A DNA stretch of 55,062 bases. It comes from Betaproteobacteria bacterium. Lineage in GTDB: Bacteria; Pseudomonadota; Gammaproteobacteria; Burkholderiales; Ga0077523. Shown in pieces: positions 25,790-36,800 of this stretch; position 1 is the first letter of the stretch; each line of letters starts with the position of its first letter. The notes under the pieces are model-generated. The model ran no database searches and was not told where the DNA came from. It saw nothing but the letters and a program-made list of their open reading frames with translations. Location of the stretch: assembly GCA_031393885.1 (NCBI GenBank), contig JANMWG010000132.1:1-55062 (forward strand). Reading direction: 5' to 3'. The translations under genes were made by a program, and so were the position numbers.

Positions 25790-25820
25790 AAAAAGCCGGC
25801 TCTCGAGCCGGCTTTTTTTT
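25790..25820 (+). terminator. Rho-independent terminator
   Basis: aaaaagccggctctcgagccggctttttttt. Confidence 0.85.
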
Positions 25821-25968
25821 CGGTGCCCGCCGGGCCGCCAGCGGCCAGAGTCCGCTGGCGTTTGGCAGGCACAGACAGTCCGCAGGGACTGTCTGTGTCC
25901 GGCCTCACCTCGCCAAGGGCACCGGCCCCCTCGAGGGGGAAGGCGAAGCGCAGCCTGGGGGTGGTTTG
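25821..25968 (-). repeat. Repeat family R2, right copy (inverted relative to 24733-24886)
   Basis: The core 25823-25926 is the reverse complement of 24779-24882 with 3 mismatches. The R1-like head ...ccccctcgagggggaaggcgaagcgcagcctgggggtgg lies at the outer end. Confidence 0.9.
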
Positions 25969-25986
25969 ATTGTCGAGTCCAGTCGG

Positions 25987-26751
25987 TCAGCCTATGTCCC
26001 GCCAGGCAAGCCCTTCTGCCTGGTCGGCGACACCGACCCATTCGTCAGCGCAACCCAGTACCGAAGCGAGCGCCCGGCGGGCCAATTGCACGGTGTTGTT
26101 CTGTGCCGACAAATGGGCGGCAATCACATGCTGGAGGCGGCTGCGGTCGAGCGCCGCGAGTAACCGTCGCGCCGATTCGTTATCGAGATGCCCGAGGCGC
26201 CCGGCGATGCGTTGTTTGAGCGAGGCCGGATAGGCGCTGGCGCGAAGCAGGTCGAGATCGTGGTTGCACTCGAGCGCGAGGGCATCGCATCCCGACAGGG
26301 TGGCCTCGATGTGGGGTGTCGAACAGCCGGTATCGGTAAGCACGCCGAGCCTCCGCGCGCCGTCGCCGAACACGAACTGCGCGGGCTCACCGGCATCGTG
26401 CGGCACGGGATACGGGGTCAGGGCGACATCGCCGACGGCGAATGCCCGGTAGCCCTCGATGAATCGCACGTCGACGTGGTCGAACTTCGCACCACCATTG
26501 CGAAAGGTGCCGCGAGTGAGCCAGACGGGTAGTTGGTGTCGCCGCGCGAATCGCGCCACGCCGCCGATGTGATCGTCGTGTTCGTGAGTGACGATGACCG
26601 CGGACAGATCGGACGGGGCGAGATCGAGGCGGGCAAGCCGAGTGATGGTCTCGCTCAACGTGAACCCGCAATCGAGCAGTATCCGCGTCTGACCGACCTC
26701 GACGATCAGGCCGTTGCCCGCGCTGCCGCTACCGAGATAGGCGAATCGCAT
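25987..26751 (-). CDS. MBL-fold metallo-hydrolase (PhnP/YycJ-like)
   Basis: MRFAYLGSGSAGNGLIVEVGQTRILLDCG...VIVTHEHDDHIGG has the HxHxDH motif. Confidence 0.85.
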   Translation of the reverse strand: MRFAYLGSGSAGNGLIVEVGQTRILLDCGFTLSETITRLARLDLAPSDLSAVIVTHEHDDHIGGVARFARRHQLPVWLTRGTFRNGGAKFDHVDVRFIEGYRAFAVGDVALTPYPVPHDAGEPAQFVFGDGARRLGVLTDTGCSTPHIEATLSGCDALALECNHDLDLLRASAYPASLKQRIAGRLGHLDNESARRLLAALDRSRLQHVIAAHLSAQNNTVQLARRALASVLGCADEWVGVADQAEGLAWRDIG

Positions 26752-26794
26752 CGCGGATGTCCGGTCCGAACTGTCTTGCCGGCCTTGCCGTTCG

Positions 26795-27928
26795 CTACTG
26801 GAGCTGTTCGGCGAGCAACGCGAGAATGCGCTTGCCGGCGTCGCTGTTATCGACGGCGCCGGCCTTGTCGAGCACCTTCACTTCGGTACCGGCACCGAGC
26901 GCGGCGACCCGCACGCGAAACTGCTCCGGCCCCTTCTTGCCGGCCTCGTCGCTGCGCCAGAACGCCAGTTTCGACAGAATGCCGTTCGGCTTCGCCACGT
27001 CGGCGTCGGGATCCTGATAGCGGACGAAATAGATACCGTCGGCACGATTGCGGTCTTCCACCATGAAGCCGACGCGGTCCAGGGCAAGACCCACGCGGCG
27101 CCACGCGCGGTCGAATCCATCGTTGAGCTTGACCGTGGTGCCGGTCGTGGACTTCACGATGGCCGCCTGGGCCGGCGTCTTGTCGGCGTTGCGCACCAGT
27201 GCAACAGCGTCGGCCGGCGCCGCCACCCCGAACCGCAGTGCGAGCTTGCTCAGCATCAGCGCCTCGAGTTCGGGATCGGACGGACGCACCTGCCACTTGG
27301 TGTTGTTGTCGCGCTCCTTGTAATAGACCTCCGCCATGCCCTTGTGGCTGACGAACACTTCGGTCGTGCCCGGTTCGGCGCCACGTTCGAGCCGGGTGCG
27401 AAACCGGTCACGCTCGGGCAACGACGTGAGCACGTCGAGTTGCTTGTTGATGAAGCCCGTGATGCCGCCGATGGGCAGCTTCGCGCGGTTCTCGGCCCAG
27501 TCGGTTTCCATCAGGCCGATGCTGGCGTCCTCGGTCTTGATGAGGAATCCGTTTTCCTGCCAGAAGTCGCGGACCACGGGAAATATCTGCTCGGGCGTCG
27601 CCTTGACCACCAGCCATCGCTGGGTTCCGCCGCGTTCCACACGCACGCGTTCGAAGGTGGGCAGGACGCCCGACGAGACCGGCGCCGACGGCTTGTTGCC
27701 ACGCTGCTGATCGTATTGCGAGAACACGGCCGCGCTACCCGGCGTCGCCTCCGGCACCGAATACCGGTTGTTGTTGCCGGGCGCTGCGAGGTCCGGCGGA
27801 ATCTCGAGCGGTGGCAGCTTGCCAGCCGACTTGTAATCGATCTTCTTGCCTTCCAGGGCCCCGCTGCATCCCGCCAGCAACGCAGCCGACACGGTGATCG
27901 CGCAGCCGATGGTGCGCACGAATTTCAT
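26795..27928 (-). CDS. bamC: Outer-membrane protein assembly factor BamC (NlpB)
   Basis: MKFVRTIGCAITVSAALLAGCSG lipobox, then KIDYKSAGKLPPLEIPPDL, the conserved BamC N-terminal segment. Immediately downstream of dapA, as in E. coli. Confidence 0.85.
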   Translation of the reverse strand: MKFVRTIGCAITVSAALLAGCSGALEGKKIDYKSAGKLPPLEIPPDLAAPGNNNRYSVPEATPGSAAVFSQYDQQRGNKPSAPVSSGVLPTFERVRVERGGTQRWLVVKATPEQIFPVVRDFWQENGFLIKTEDASIGLMETDWAENRAKLPIGGITGFINKQLDVLTSLPERDRFRTRLERGAEPGTTEVFVSHKGMAEVYYKERDNNTKWQVRPSDPELEALMLSKLALRFGVAAPADAVALVRNADKTPAQAAIVKSTTGTTVKLNDGFDRAWRRVGLALDRVGFMVEDRNRADGIYFVRYQDPDADVAKPNGILSKLAFWRSDEAGKKGPEQFRVRVAALGAGTEVKVLDKAGAVDNSDAGKRILALLAEQLQ

Positions 27929-28034
27929 CGAACCTCTCTTGCGGCATCGATGCCGCGAAAATGTCTGAAGCGCGCCGATGCCCGCGTGGGCAACCAGCAC
28001 CGCCGGGATTCCGCCTTGAAATGAACCGACCCGC

Positions 28035-28928
28035 TCATACAGTCTGCGCTTCGCGAACGATACCTGCGGCATGCATGGCCGCGCGCAGCGTATCGTGATG
28101 CTGATGCGCGAGCGGCGTGAGCGGCAGCCGGATGCCGGGGCCGATGAGCCCCATCTCCCGCAGAACCCATTTTGCCGGGATCGGGTTGGCCTCGACGAAC
28201 AGATACCGATGCAGGTCGGCAAGCGTGTTGTTGATCTTGCAAGCCTGCCCGGCGTCACCGGCGAGCGCCGCGTCGCATAGCTCGCGCATGAGGCGTGGCG
28301 CGACATTCGCCGTCACCGAGATAACCCCGTTCGCGCCCAGCAGCATCAGGGCGAGGCCGGTGCCATCGTCACCGCTGTAGATCGCGAAACCCGGCGGTGC
28401 ACGCTTGATCAGATCGACGCCGCGCTCGATGTTGCCGGTCGCATCCTTGATGCCGACGATGTTGCGGACCCGCGCCAGCCGCAGCGTGGTGTCGTTGTGC
28501 AGATCGGCGACCGTGCGGCCGGGCACGTTGTAGAGAATCGTGGGGAGGTCGACCGACTCCGCGATGGCGCGGAAGTGCTGGTACAGACCCTCTTGCGAAG
28601 GCTTGTTGTAGTAGGGCACCACCGAGAGCGCCATCGCCGCGCCCGCGGCCTTCGCGAAGCGCTGCAGGGCGATCGCCTCACGGGTGGAATTGGCACCGGT
28701 GCCGGCGATCACCGGCACTCGTCCATCGACGTGGGCCACGGCGACCTTCACCAGTTCGCAATGCTCGTCGAAATCGACGGTGGGCGATTCGCCCGTGGTG
28801 CCCACGGCGACGATGCCATTGGTCCCGTTGCGGATGTGGAAATCGATAAGATGCCGCAATCCGTCGAAGTCGAGGCCGCCATCGTCATGCATCGGTGTCG
28901 CGATCGCGACCAAGCTACCCGTCAGCAT
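28035..28928 (-). CDS. dapA: 4-hydroxy-tetrahydrodipicolinate synthase
   Basis: [21 protein letters not shown]...[14 protein letters not shown]...[14 protein letters not shown]...[15 protein letters not shown] is canonical DapA. Confidence 0.95.
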   Translation of the reverse strand: MLTGSLVAIATPMHDDGGLDFDGLRHLIDFHIRNGTNGIVAVGTTGESPTVDFDEHCELVKVAVAHVDGRVPVIAGTGANSTREAIALQRFAKAAGAAMALSVVPYYNKPSQEGLYQHFRAIAESVDLPTILYNVPGRTVADLHNDTTLRLARVRNIVGIKDATGNIERGVDLIKRAPPGFAIYSGDDGTGLALMLLGANGVISVTANVAPRLMRELCDAALAGDAGQACKINNTLADLHRYLFVEANPIPAKWVLREMGLIGPGIRLPLTPLAHQHHDTLRAAMHAAGIVREAQTV

Positions 28929-28974
28929 GAAACTGCTCCCCGGCAAAGCGCCCGATTGTACCCGATGGGTCCGT

Positions 28975-29478
28975 TCATGGCGGCTTCACGGCGCAGATGC
29001 GCTGGATCATGGCCGGCCTGGGCAGATCGACTTCGCGCTCTTCGTAGGCGACCACCTCGAGGCGTCCGGCGATCACAGTCAGGAGTTCCCCCGGACGCAG
29101 GAGGAAATCCGGATTGGACGGGCGGCCGAAACGCTCGTTGCCGACGGCGAAGGTCTCGTAAACGAGTCGGCCGCCCGGCGCGACAGCGCCGAGCAGTTCA
29201 GGGAACAGGGAGCGATGCAGGTAATTGGCGACCACCACCAGCGCAAACCGGCGCCCCGCGAACGGCCAGGCGTCCTGCTCGAGATCCGCCAGCACGAACC
29301 TGATGCCAGGCGCGCCAGCCAGGGCCGCGGCAACCAGCGGATCACGATCGACCGCCGTGACCGTTGCACCGGCGCCCGCCAGAAAGCGTGCGTGCCGTCC
29401 CTGACCGCATGCCACATCGAGGACTTCAGCGCCGGCCCCGACCATTGCCTGTTCGACCACCCAGGCCGATGGCGCCAT
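28975..29478 (-). CDS. Class I SAM-dependent methyltransferase (start uncertain, may lie upstream)
   Basis: Motif [27 protein letters not shown]. Alternative in-frame TTG/GTG starts exist between 29479 and 29560. Confidence 0.7.
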   Translation of the reverse strand: MAPSAWVVEQAMVGAGAEVLDVACGQGRHARFLAGAGATVTAVDRDPLVAAALAGAPGIRFVLADLEQDAWPFAGRRFALVVVANYLHRSLFPELLGAVAPGGRLVYETFAVGNERFGRPSNPDFLLRPGELLTVIAGRLEVVAYEEREVDLPRPAMIQRICAVKPP

Positions 29479-29648
29479 CACCACCACGCCACCAGCGTCT
29501 TCGGGCAAGAGCGTCCGAGCGCCCGACGGGCATGCCGGCCGGCGCGCATCACGGGCCACCGCGTTGACAGCGTCGGGGGTGGGTGCTACATACCGTCGTA
29601 TGGTCAAGCGGCCGGTGGCCGCACAAGTTGTCAGGGGAGTGTGGCTGC

Positions 29649-30188
29649 ATGATTCGTATTTTGCTATCGATGCTCGCGCTTGTGGCCGTGACTCTGGTAG
29701 ACGGCTGCGCCCGCATGCACCAATTGATGACCAGGACGCCCGCCGCGACCGCCGCCGTGCTGCCGACCCGGGACAATACGGCACGCGGCGACATCCGGTT
29801 CGTCCAGCGCGATTCGGGCAAGGTACTGGTGTCGGGACGCATCACCGGATTGTCTCCCGGGTCGCATGGTTTCCACATCCATGAAAAGGGTAACTGCTCG
29901 GCGCCGGACGCCTCCAGTGCGGGCGGGCACTTCAATCCTTCCGGGTCCACCCATGGCGCGAACGGCGGCGGCGCCCGGCACGGGGGCGATCTCGGCAACA
30001 TCGTCGCGGGGCCCGATGGCATCGCCGATATCAACGTGGAAATCACCGGTATCTCCCTTGGCACCGCGCCCGATAGCGTGGTTGGTCGTTCCGTCGTGGT
30101 CCATGCCAAGGCCGACGATTTCACCACCCAGCCTTCGGGCAATGCCGGCAGCCGGGTCGGTTGCGGACTCATCAGCCGCAGCGAGTGA
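29649..30188 (+). CDS. sodC: Cu/Zn superoxide dismutase, lipoprotein form
   Basis: MIRILLSMLALVAVTLVDGC lipobox. GFHIHEKGNCS...AGGHFNP...HGGDLGN...VVHAKADD are the Cu/Zn ligand motifs. Confidence 0.92.
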   Translation: MIRILLSMLALVAVTLVDGCARMHQLMTRTPAATAAVLPTRDNTARGDIRFVQRDSGKVLVSGRITGLSPGSHGFHIHEKGNCSAPDASSAGGHFNPSGSTHGANGGGARHGGDLGNIVAGPDGIADINVEITGISLGTAPDSVVGRSVVVHAKADDFTTQPSGNAGSRVGCGLISRSE

Positions 30189-30227
30189 CAGCGAACTGCC
30201 CGGGGGTGCCCGCGTCGCGAGCTGCAC

Positions 30228-30929
30228 TTGATTCCCTGGCTCGAAGCTGACGATCCCTTCCCGCCGGTGCCGGCAGCGCTCGCCCGACCCAACGGCCTGC
30301 TCGCCGCGGGCGACGATCTGTCACCCGGGCGCGTTCTCGACGCGTACCGGCACGGCATCTTCCCCTGGTTCAACGACGGCGAACCGGTACTCTGGTGGAG
30401 TCCCGATCCGCGCATGGTCCTGTTTCCCGCGGAGTTACGCGTATCGCACTCGCTCGACAAGACCTTGCGCAACAGACCATTCGAGGTGCGCTTCGATTTC
30501 GGCTTTCGCGAAGTGATGCAGGCCTGCGGCGAACCGCGGGATGGCCAGGCGGGCACCTGGATCACCGGACGCATGCTCGAGGTCTACTGCGCCCTGCACC
30601 GCGATGGCTGGGCGCACAGCGTCGAGACCTGGATCGACGGCGAACTCGCCGGCGGGCTGTACGGCGTGGCCATCGGCACCATGTTCTTCGGCGAGTCGAT
30701 GTTCACGCGGGTGCGCGACGCCTCGAAGATCGCGTTCGTTCATCTGGTCCGCCACCTGAACCGCGCGGGGTTTCGGATGCTCGACTGCCAGATGGCCACC
30801 GATCACCTGGCATCGCTCGGCGCCCGCGAGATTCCGCGGGACGAGTTTTCGAGGCATCTCGCGGAGTTGGTAAACTCGTCCGTTGTGCCGTCGGCTTGGC
30901 ACACCGTCCCGACCCCTATCCGGCGATGA
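30228..30929 (+). CDS. aat: Leucyl/phenylalanyl-tRNA--protein transferase
   Basis: [28 protein letters not shown]...[13 protein letters not shown]...GESMF. TTG start. Confidence 0.92.
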   Translation: MIPWLEADDPFPPVPAALARPNGLLAAGDDLSPGRVLDAYRHGIFPWFNDGEPVLWWSPDPRMVLFPAELRVSHSLDKTLRNRPFEVRFDFGFREVMQACGEPRDGQAGTWITGRMLEVYCALHRDGWAHSVETWIDGELAGGLYGVAIGTMFFGESMFTRVRDASKIAFVHLVRHLNRAGFRMLDCQMATDHLASLGAREIPRDEFSRHLAELVNSSVVPSAWHTVPTPIRR

Positions 30930-31648
30930 CCCAACTCAACGACCTGCCGTTTTCGGTGTTGCAGTTCTATGCAACCGCACCGTACCCGTGCAGCTATCTT
31001 GCCGACCGCCTGGCGCGTTCGCAGGTCGCGACGCCGAGTCACGCCATCGATACCCACGTCTACAGCGAGCTGGTGCGCGCCGGATTCCGGCGCAGCGGCG
31101 CCTTCACTTATCGCCCCTACTGCGACAGCTGCCGTGCCTGCATCCCGGTGCGCATCGCCGTCGACGGGTTTCGCCCCGGCCGCTCGCAGCGCCGCGCATG
31201 GCAGCGCCATAAAGCGCTCGAATCGCGCATCCTCGATCTTAAATACAGCCCCGAGCACTACGCGCTGTATCTGCGCTACCAGTCGGCACGCCACTTCGGC
31301 GGCGGCATGGACCACGATTCGCGCGAGCAATACCGCCATTTCCTGCTGCAGAGCAATGTGCGCTCCAACCTGATCGAATTCCGCGACCAAGGCGTGTTGC
31401 GCATGGTCAGCATCGTCGACCGTCTCGAAGACGGGCTCTCATCGGTGTACACGTTCTTCGATCCGGACGAGACCGGCGCGAGCTACGGTACCTTCAATGT
31501 GTTGTGGCAGATCGAGCTGTGCCGCCAGTTCGGTCTGCCGCAGCTGTACCTCGGTTACTGGATCGCCGAAAGCCGCAAGATGGCCTACAAGATCAACTTC
31601 CAGCCGATGGAAGGCCTGGTCGACGGCCAGTGGCAGCCGTTGGCATGA
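30926..31648 (+). CDS. bpt: Arginyltransferase-family protein Bpt (aspartate/glutamate leucyltransferase)
   Basis: [23 protein letters not shown]...[25 protein letters not shown]. The ATG overlaps the aat stop (ATGA). Confidence 0.9.
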   Translation: MTQLNDLPFSVLQFYATAPYPCSYLADRLARSQVATPSHAIDTHVYSELVRAGFRRSGAFTYRPYCDSCRACIPVRIAVDGFRPGRSQRRAWQRHKALESRILDLKYSPEHYALYLRYQSARHFGGGMDHDSREQYRHFLLQSNVRSNLIEFRDQGVLRMVSIVDRLEDGLSSVYTFFDPDETGASYGTFNVLWQIELCRQFGLPQLYLGYWIAESRKMAYKINFQPMEGLVDGQWQPLA

Positions 31649-31972
31649 GATGAAACGTTTACCCCCAGGCTGCGCTGCGCTACGCCTTCCCCCAAGAAGG
31701 TCGCCTTGACCGCTTGCTCGCACAAGCTGCTGCGCATCCTCAATGCCATGGCACGCGCCCGCCAGCCTTGGAGCGACCAGTTCCATGGCCTCAGCGCTTG
31801 ACATGGAACACAGTTGCTCCAGGGGGCGCACCGTTCCTCGAGGGACCCTGTGGAGAGGGACACCCACCCCCAGGCTGCGCTGCGCTACGCCTTCCCCCTC
31901 CAGGGGGCGCCCCGTTCCTCGGGGGACCCTGTGGACGGGGCCCCTTCGCTTCTGAAGTCCCTTCGTTCAGCA
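31649..31972. repeat. REP-like repeats, family R1, two units; the first is interrupted at its central palindrome
   Basis: Unit 2 (about 31862-31972) is intact: ...ccttccccctccagggggcgcc.... Unit 1 reads ...ccttccccca[126 bp]agggggcgcacc.... Confidence 0.85.
31697..31801 (+). pseudogene. 3'-terminal remnant of an IS110/IS1111-family transposase gene inside a REP unit
   Basis: The in-frame translation KVALTACSHKLLRILNAMARARQPWSDQFHGLSA* matches the conserved IS110-family C-terminus (..KVAL.AC.RKLL.ILNAM....PW). The whole insert spans 31695-31820. Confidence 0.55.
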
Positions 31973-31979
31973 CCAAGCC

Positions 31980-32783
31980 ATGATCGGGACCGCAATGGAC
32001 ACCGGAGCCGTATCGCTCGAACGCCGCGACGCCGTGCTGTTGATCGGCCTCGACCGCGTGCCCAAGCGCAATGCCTTCGACCTGCCGATGTACGCCGCGC
32101 TCGCGAGCGCGCTCGGCACACTCGAACACGACCCCGGGCTGCGCTGCGGCGTGCTGTTCGCGCATGGCGAGCACTTCACCGGTGGCATCGACCTGCCCCA
32201 ATGGATACCGCACTTCCACGAGGGCCGTACCCCGCCGCTGCCCGACGACGGGCTCGATCCGCTCGGACTGGATGCGGCACGCACGCGATCCAAGCCGCTG
32301 GTGATGGCTGTGCAGGGTTACTGCTACACCATCGGCATCGAACTGCTGCTCGCCGCGGACATCCGCGTCGCCGCCGACACCAGTCGGTTCGCGCAGATCG
32401 AGGTCAAGCGTGGCATCTATCCGATCGGTGGCGCCACGGTACGGTTCGTCGCCGAAGCCGGCTGGGGCAACGCCATGCGCTGGCTGTTGACCGGCGACGA
32501 GTTCGATGCGGCGGAGGCACTGCGCATCGGCTTGGTACAACAGGTCGTTCCGGCTGGCGCGCAACTCGGCACTGCTGTCGCCATTGCCGACGGCATTGCC
32601 CGCCAGGCGCCGCTGGCGATCCGTGCCAGCCTGCTCGCCGCGCGCCATGCGGTGGAGCTCGGACAACGCGCCGCGATCGAGCGCCTGCTGCCCGATCTGC
32701 GGGCGCTGCTGGATACCGATGACGCGCGCGAAGGCCTCGCCGCATTTCGCGAACGCCGCGAGGGGCGATTCACTGGACGTTAG
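31980..32783 (+). CDS. Enoyl-CoA hydratase/isomerase (crotonase) family protein
   Basis: [17 protein letters not shown]...[10 protein letters not shown]...[27 protein letters not shown]...[10 protein letters not shown]. Confidence 0.85.
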   Translation: MIGTAMDTGAVSLERRDAVLLIGLDRVPKRNAFDLPMYAALASALGTLEHDPGLRCGVLFAHGEHFTGGIDLPQWIPHFHEGRTPPLPDDGLDPLGLDAARTRSKPLVMAVQGYCYTIGIELLLAADIRVAADTSRFAQIEVKRGIYPIGGATVRFVAEAGWGNAMRWLLTGDEFDAAEALRIGLVQQVVPAGAQLGTAVAIADGIARQAPLAIRASLLAARHAVELGQRAAIERLLPDLRALLDTDDAREGLAAFRERREGRFTGR

Positions 32784-32787
32784 CGCG

Positions 32788-33810
32788 CTGTATCGGGCCC
32801 TGCAGCCGCTGCTCTTCCGGCTCGACGGCGAACGCTCGCACGACCTCGCGCTGCGTCTCCTGGACACGGCGAGTGCACTGCGTCTGACGCGCCCGCCGAC
32901 CCCCTGGCCCGGTGCCGCGACACGGCTGATGGGCATCGATTTTCCCAATCCGGTCGGGCTCGCCGCCGGCCTCGACAAGAACGGCGCGCACCTGGATGCA
33001 CTGGCCGGCTTCGGCTTCGGCTTCATCGAGATCGGCACCGTCACCCCGCGCCCTCAGCCTGGCAACCCGCGGCCGCGAATGTTCCGCCTGCCGCCCGCAC
33101 GGGCGCTGATCAACCGTCTCGGCTTCAACAACGCCGGGGTTGATGCCTTGCTCGCCAACGTGGCCGCGAGCCGCTATCGCGGCGTGCTCGGCATCAACAT
33201 CGGCAAGAACGCCGACACCCCGATCGAGCGCGCCGCCGACGATTACCGGCTGTGCCTGCGTAAGGTGCATGCCATTGCGCACTACGTGACCGTCAACATC
33301 TCGTCGCCCAACACCCGCGACCTGCGACAGTTGCAGCAGGGCGATGCGCTGGATCGCCTGCTCGCGAGCATCATGAAAGAGCGCTATCGGCTGGAGCAGG
33401 AACATCGGCGGCGGGTACCGATCGCGGTCAAGCTCGCCCCCGATCTCGACCAAGCCGCCATCGCCGCCGCCGCCGCCACCCTGCTAAGACACGAGGTCGA
33501 CGCCGTGATCGCCACCAACACCACGATCGCCCGCGATGGCGTTGCCGGATTGCCCGGCGCCGACGAGGCTGGCGGCCTGTCCGGTGCGCCGTTGAAGACC
33601 CGCGCGACGAGCGTGCTTCGCTCCCTGCATGCAGCGCTGGGCGAGCGCATCCCGCTGATCGGTGTGGGCGGTATCCTCGACGCCACCGACGCGGCAGAAA
33701 AACTCGCCGCCGGTGCCCGGCTGGTGCAGGTCTACACCGGGCTCATCTATCGGGGACCGGATCTCGTGCGCGAACTCGTCACTGCGATGACGCCCGGGAG
33801 CCAGAGCTGA
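32788..33810 (+). CDS. pyrD: Dihydroorotate dehydrogenase (quinone), class 2; start codon non-canonical or unresolved
   Basis: (L)[19 protein letters not shown]...[19 protein letters not shown]...[23 protein letters not shown]...NISSPNT is collinear with E. coli PyrD starting [21 protein letters not shown]. At the aligned start position there is only CTG (32788 or 32773). Confidence 0.85.
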   Translation: MYRALQPLLFRLDGERSHDLALRLLDTASALRLTRPPTPWPGAATRLMGIDFPNPVGLAAGLDKNGAHLDALAGFGFGFIEIGTVTPRPQPGNPRPRMFRLPPARALINRLGFNNAGVDALLANVAASRYRGVLGINIGKNADTPIERAADDYRLCLRKVHAIAHYVTVNISSPNTRDLRQLQQGDALDRLLASIMKERYRLEQEHRRRVPIAVKLAPDLDQAAIAAAAATLLRHEVDAVIATNTTIARDGVAGLPGADEAGGLSGAPLKTRATSVLRSLHAALGERIPLIGVGGILDATDAAEKLAAGARLVQVYTGLIYRGPDLVRELVTAMTPGSQS

Positions 33811-33853
33811 CCCGTTCGCTATAATTCGCGGCTGTCCCTGACCGTCTGATCGC

Positions 33854-36800
33854 ATGACCACCCTCGCCGCCGAAACACTTCGACTCGCCTTCGATTGCAC
33901 TTTTCCGGATCTGTACGACACCACCGGTCTTGAACGCCTCGACCGGGTATTTCTGGAACAACTGGCGCGCGTCGATCCGGCGCTTGCCTTCCGCATCGCT
34001 GAAGCGCGACTCGAACCCGACGCCCTCGACCGCAAGGAAGAGGCTGCTCTGCTGCTGGAAGCAGGCCCACATCTCGAAGACTTCCTGGCGCAGTTGTTCG
34101 GCATCGAGACGGCGGCCGGCGCCCTGGCCGAACGGCATCACGCGCTGGCTCCGGTATATGCGGTCAAGCGGTTGTTCGTCCAGCGCAAGGCCATGAACCG
34201 TATCAAGCCCGATGCAGCCGCCCTGCTCGACCCCGCGACGGTGGAGCGGGACCTCGCGAGTGCCATGGGCATGGCCTTCAGTGAACTCGAGTTCTCGCGC
34301 AGCGTGACCCGATGGCAGCAGGACGAGCCGGTGCATGCCACCGCCCTCGATGCCGCCATGCGTTACGCGGCCTGGGCGGCGCACACGCCGGAAGGCCAGG
34401 CCCGCCATGCATCGGGGGTGCTGTTCAAGGCCCCGCGCAAGCTCGATTTCCAGCGCCTGGTGCCGGTCGAGACGCTTGGCGATGGCGGCATCACGGTGCA
34501 CAGCCTGTCGCATCTGCGTCGTCGCAACGGCTTCGCCCTGACCGACGCCGGCACCGATCTCAACGGCGCGCTCGACCAAGCCAACTACTGCATCTGGTGT
34601 CACGAACAGGGCAAGGATTCGTGCTCGCACGGCCTCACCGAGAAAGCTCCCGCGCAAGGCTTTCGCAAGTCCACCTTCGGCGTGCCCCTGGCCGGCTGTC
34701 CGCTGGAGGAGCGTATCTCCGAATTCCACAAGCTCAAGACCGAGGGCTTGCCGCTCGCCGCATTGGCCATGATCGTGGTCGACAACCCGATGGTGGCCGC
34801 GACCGGCCACCGCATCTGCAATGACTGCATGAAGTCCTGCATCTACCAGAAGCAGGATCCGGTCAACATCCCCGAGGTCGAGACGCGCACGCTGAAGGAC
34901 GTTCTCGAGCTGCCGTGGGGCTTCGAGATCTATTCGCTGCTCACGCGCTGGAATCCACTGAACCTCCGGCGCCCGACACCGTGCCGCGACACCGGCCGCA
35001 AGGTCCTGGTGGTCGGCATGGGGCCGGCCGGCTTCACGCTCGCCCATCACCTGATGAACGATGGCCACGCTATCGTCGGCATCGACGGTCTGAAGATCGA
35101 ACCCCTTCCTGCCGCGCTTTCCGGCGTCGGCACCAGCGGCGAACGCACCGGCTTCGAACCGGTGCGCAACGTCAATGCGCTGCGCGAGCCGCTCGACGAC
35201 CGCATCATGGCCGGCTTCGGCGGCGTCGCCGAATACGGCATCACCGTGCGCTGGGACAAGAACTTCCTCAAGCTCATTCGGCTGCTGCTGGAACGACGCT
35301 CGGCGTTCGCGCTCTTCGGCGGCGTGCGCTTCGGCGGCACCCTCACGCTCGACGACGCCTTCGCGGCGGGGTTCGATCACGTCGCGATGTGCGCCGGTGC
35401 CGGCCGTCCGACCATCCTCGACCTGCCCAACGGCCTGGCGCGGGGCGTCCGCACCGCATCCGACTTCCTGATGGCCCTGCAACTGACCGGCGCCGCGCGG
35501 ACCGATTCGGTGGCCAACATGCAGTTGCGCCTGCCGGTGGTGGTGATCGGCGGCGGACTCACCGCCATCGATACCGCGACCGAATCACTCGCCTACTACC
35601 CGCTTCAGGTGGAGAAGTTTCTGCGACGCTACGAGATCCTGTGTGCCGAGCGCGGCGTCGGCGCCGTGCGCAAGGCGTGGACCGAAGAAGAGACCACCAT
35701 CGCCGAGGAATTCATCGGCCATGCGCGCGCCATTCGCGAGGAGCGAGCGGCGGCGGTCACGCACGGCCGCGCGGCACGGGTCATCGAGCTGCTGCAAGGC
35801 TGGGGCGGCGTCACCGTCGCTTATCGCAAGCGCATGATCGACAGCCCCAGCTACACGCTCAATCACGAAGAAATCGAGAAAGCCCTCGAGGAAGGCATCC
35901 GGTTCGCGGAGAACCTGACGCCGGTCGCCGTCGAGATCGACACGTTCGGTCATGCCACCGCCCTGCTGGTCGAAAGCCGCCAGACTGCCGCCGACGGCGG
36001 CAGCACGACCACGACGACGGCGCTGCCGGCACGCGCCATCCTGGTTGCCGCCGGCACCCAGCCGAATACGGTGGCGGGACGAGAAGACCCGGCACACTTC
36101 ACCATCGCCGGTCGCTACTTCCAGGCCGTCGACGAAGACGGCCGGCCGGTCACCCCCGAACGCAGCGCCAAGCCCAAAGTGCCGCAGGTGCTGCTGTCGA
36201 AACACGCGGACGGGCGGGCCGTGAGTTTCTTCGGCGATCTCCATCCTTCGTTTGCCGGCAACGTCGTCAAGGCCATGGGCAGCGCCAAGCTCGGCTATCC
36301 CGTTGTCAGTCGCGCTCTCGCCGCCACCGCGCCGGTGTCGGCACTGTCGACAGCGGAATTCTTCTCTGGACTCGATGCCGACCTGCGCGCCACCGTGCAC
36401 CAAGTCGTGCGTCTCACGCCCAACATCATCGAGATCGTGCTGCATGCGCCCCGGGCGGCGCGCAGCTTCCAGCCCGGCCAGTTCTACCGCCTGCAGAACT
36501 TCGAGTCGCTGGCGCCGGTGTCGGATGCGACCCGTCTGGCGATGGAAGGCCTGGCGCTCACCGGCGCCTGGGTCGACCGCGATCGTGGCCTGGTGTCGAC
36601 CATCGTGCTCGAGATGGGCGGCTCATCCGATCTTTGTGCCCTGCTGCAGCCCGGCGAACCGGTCGTGTTGATGGGCCCGACCGGTACACCCACGGAAACG
36701 CCCGGCGGCGAAACCGTCGCGCTGGTGGGCGGCGGGCTGGGTAACGCGGTGCTGTTCTCCATCGGCCAGGCGCTGCGGCAAGCGGGATCCAGGGTGCTGT

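Noticed and set aside
23762-26041. 759-aa minus-strand ORF spanning roxA, both R2 repeats and the lipoprotein locus
   Set aside because: It runs antisense through a well-supported gene, through repeats and through a terminator. It has no motifs and no plausible start context.
33779-35482. 567-aa minus-strand ORF
   Set aside because: Antisense shadow of the large flavoprotein gene.
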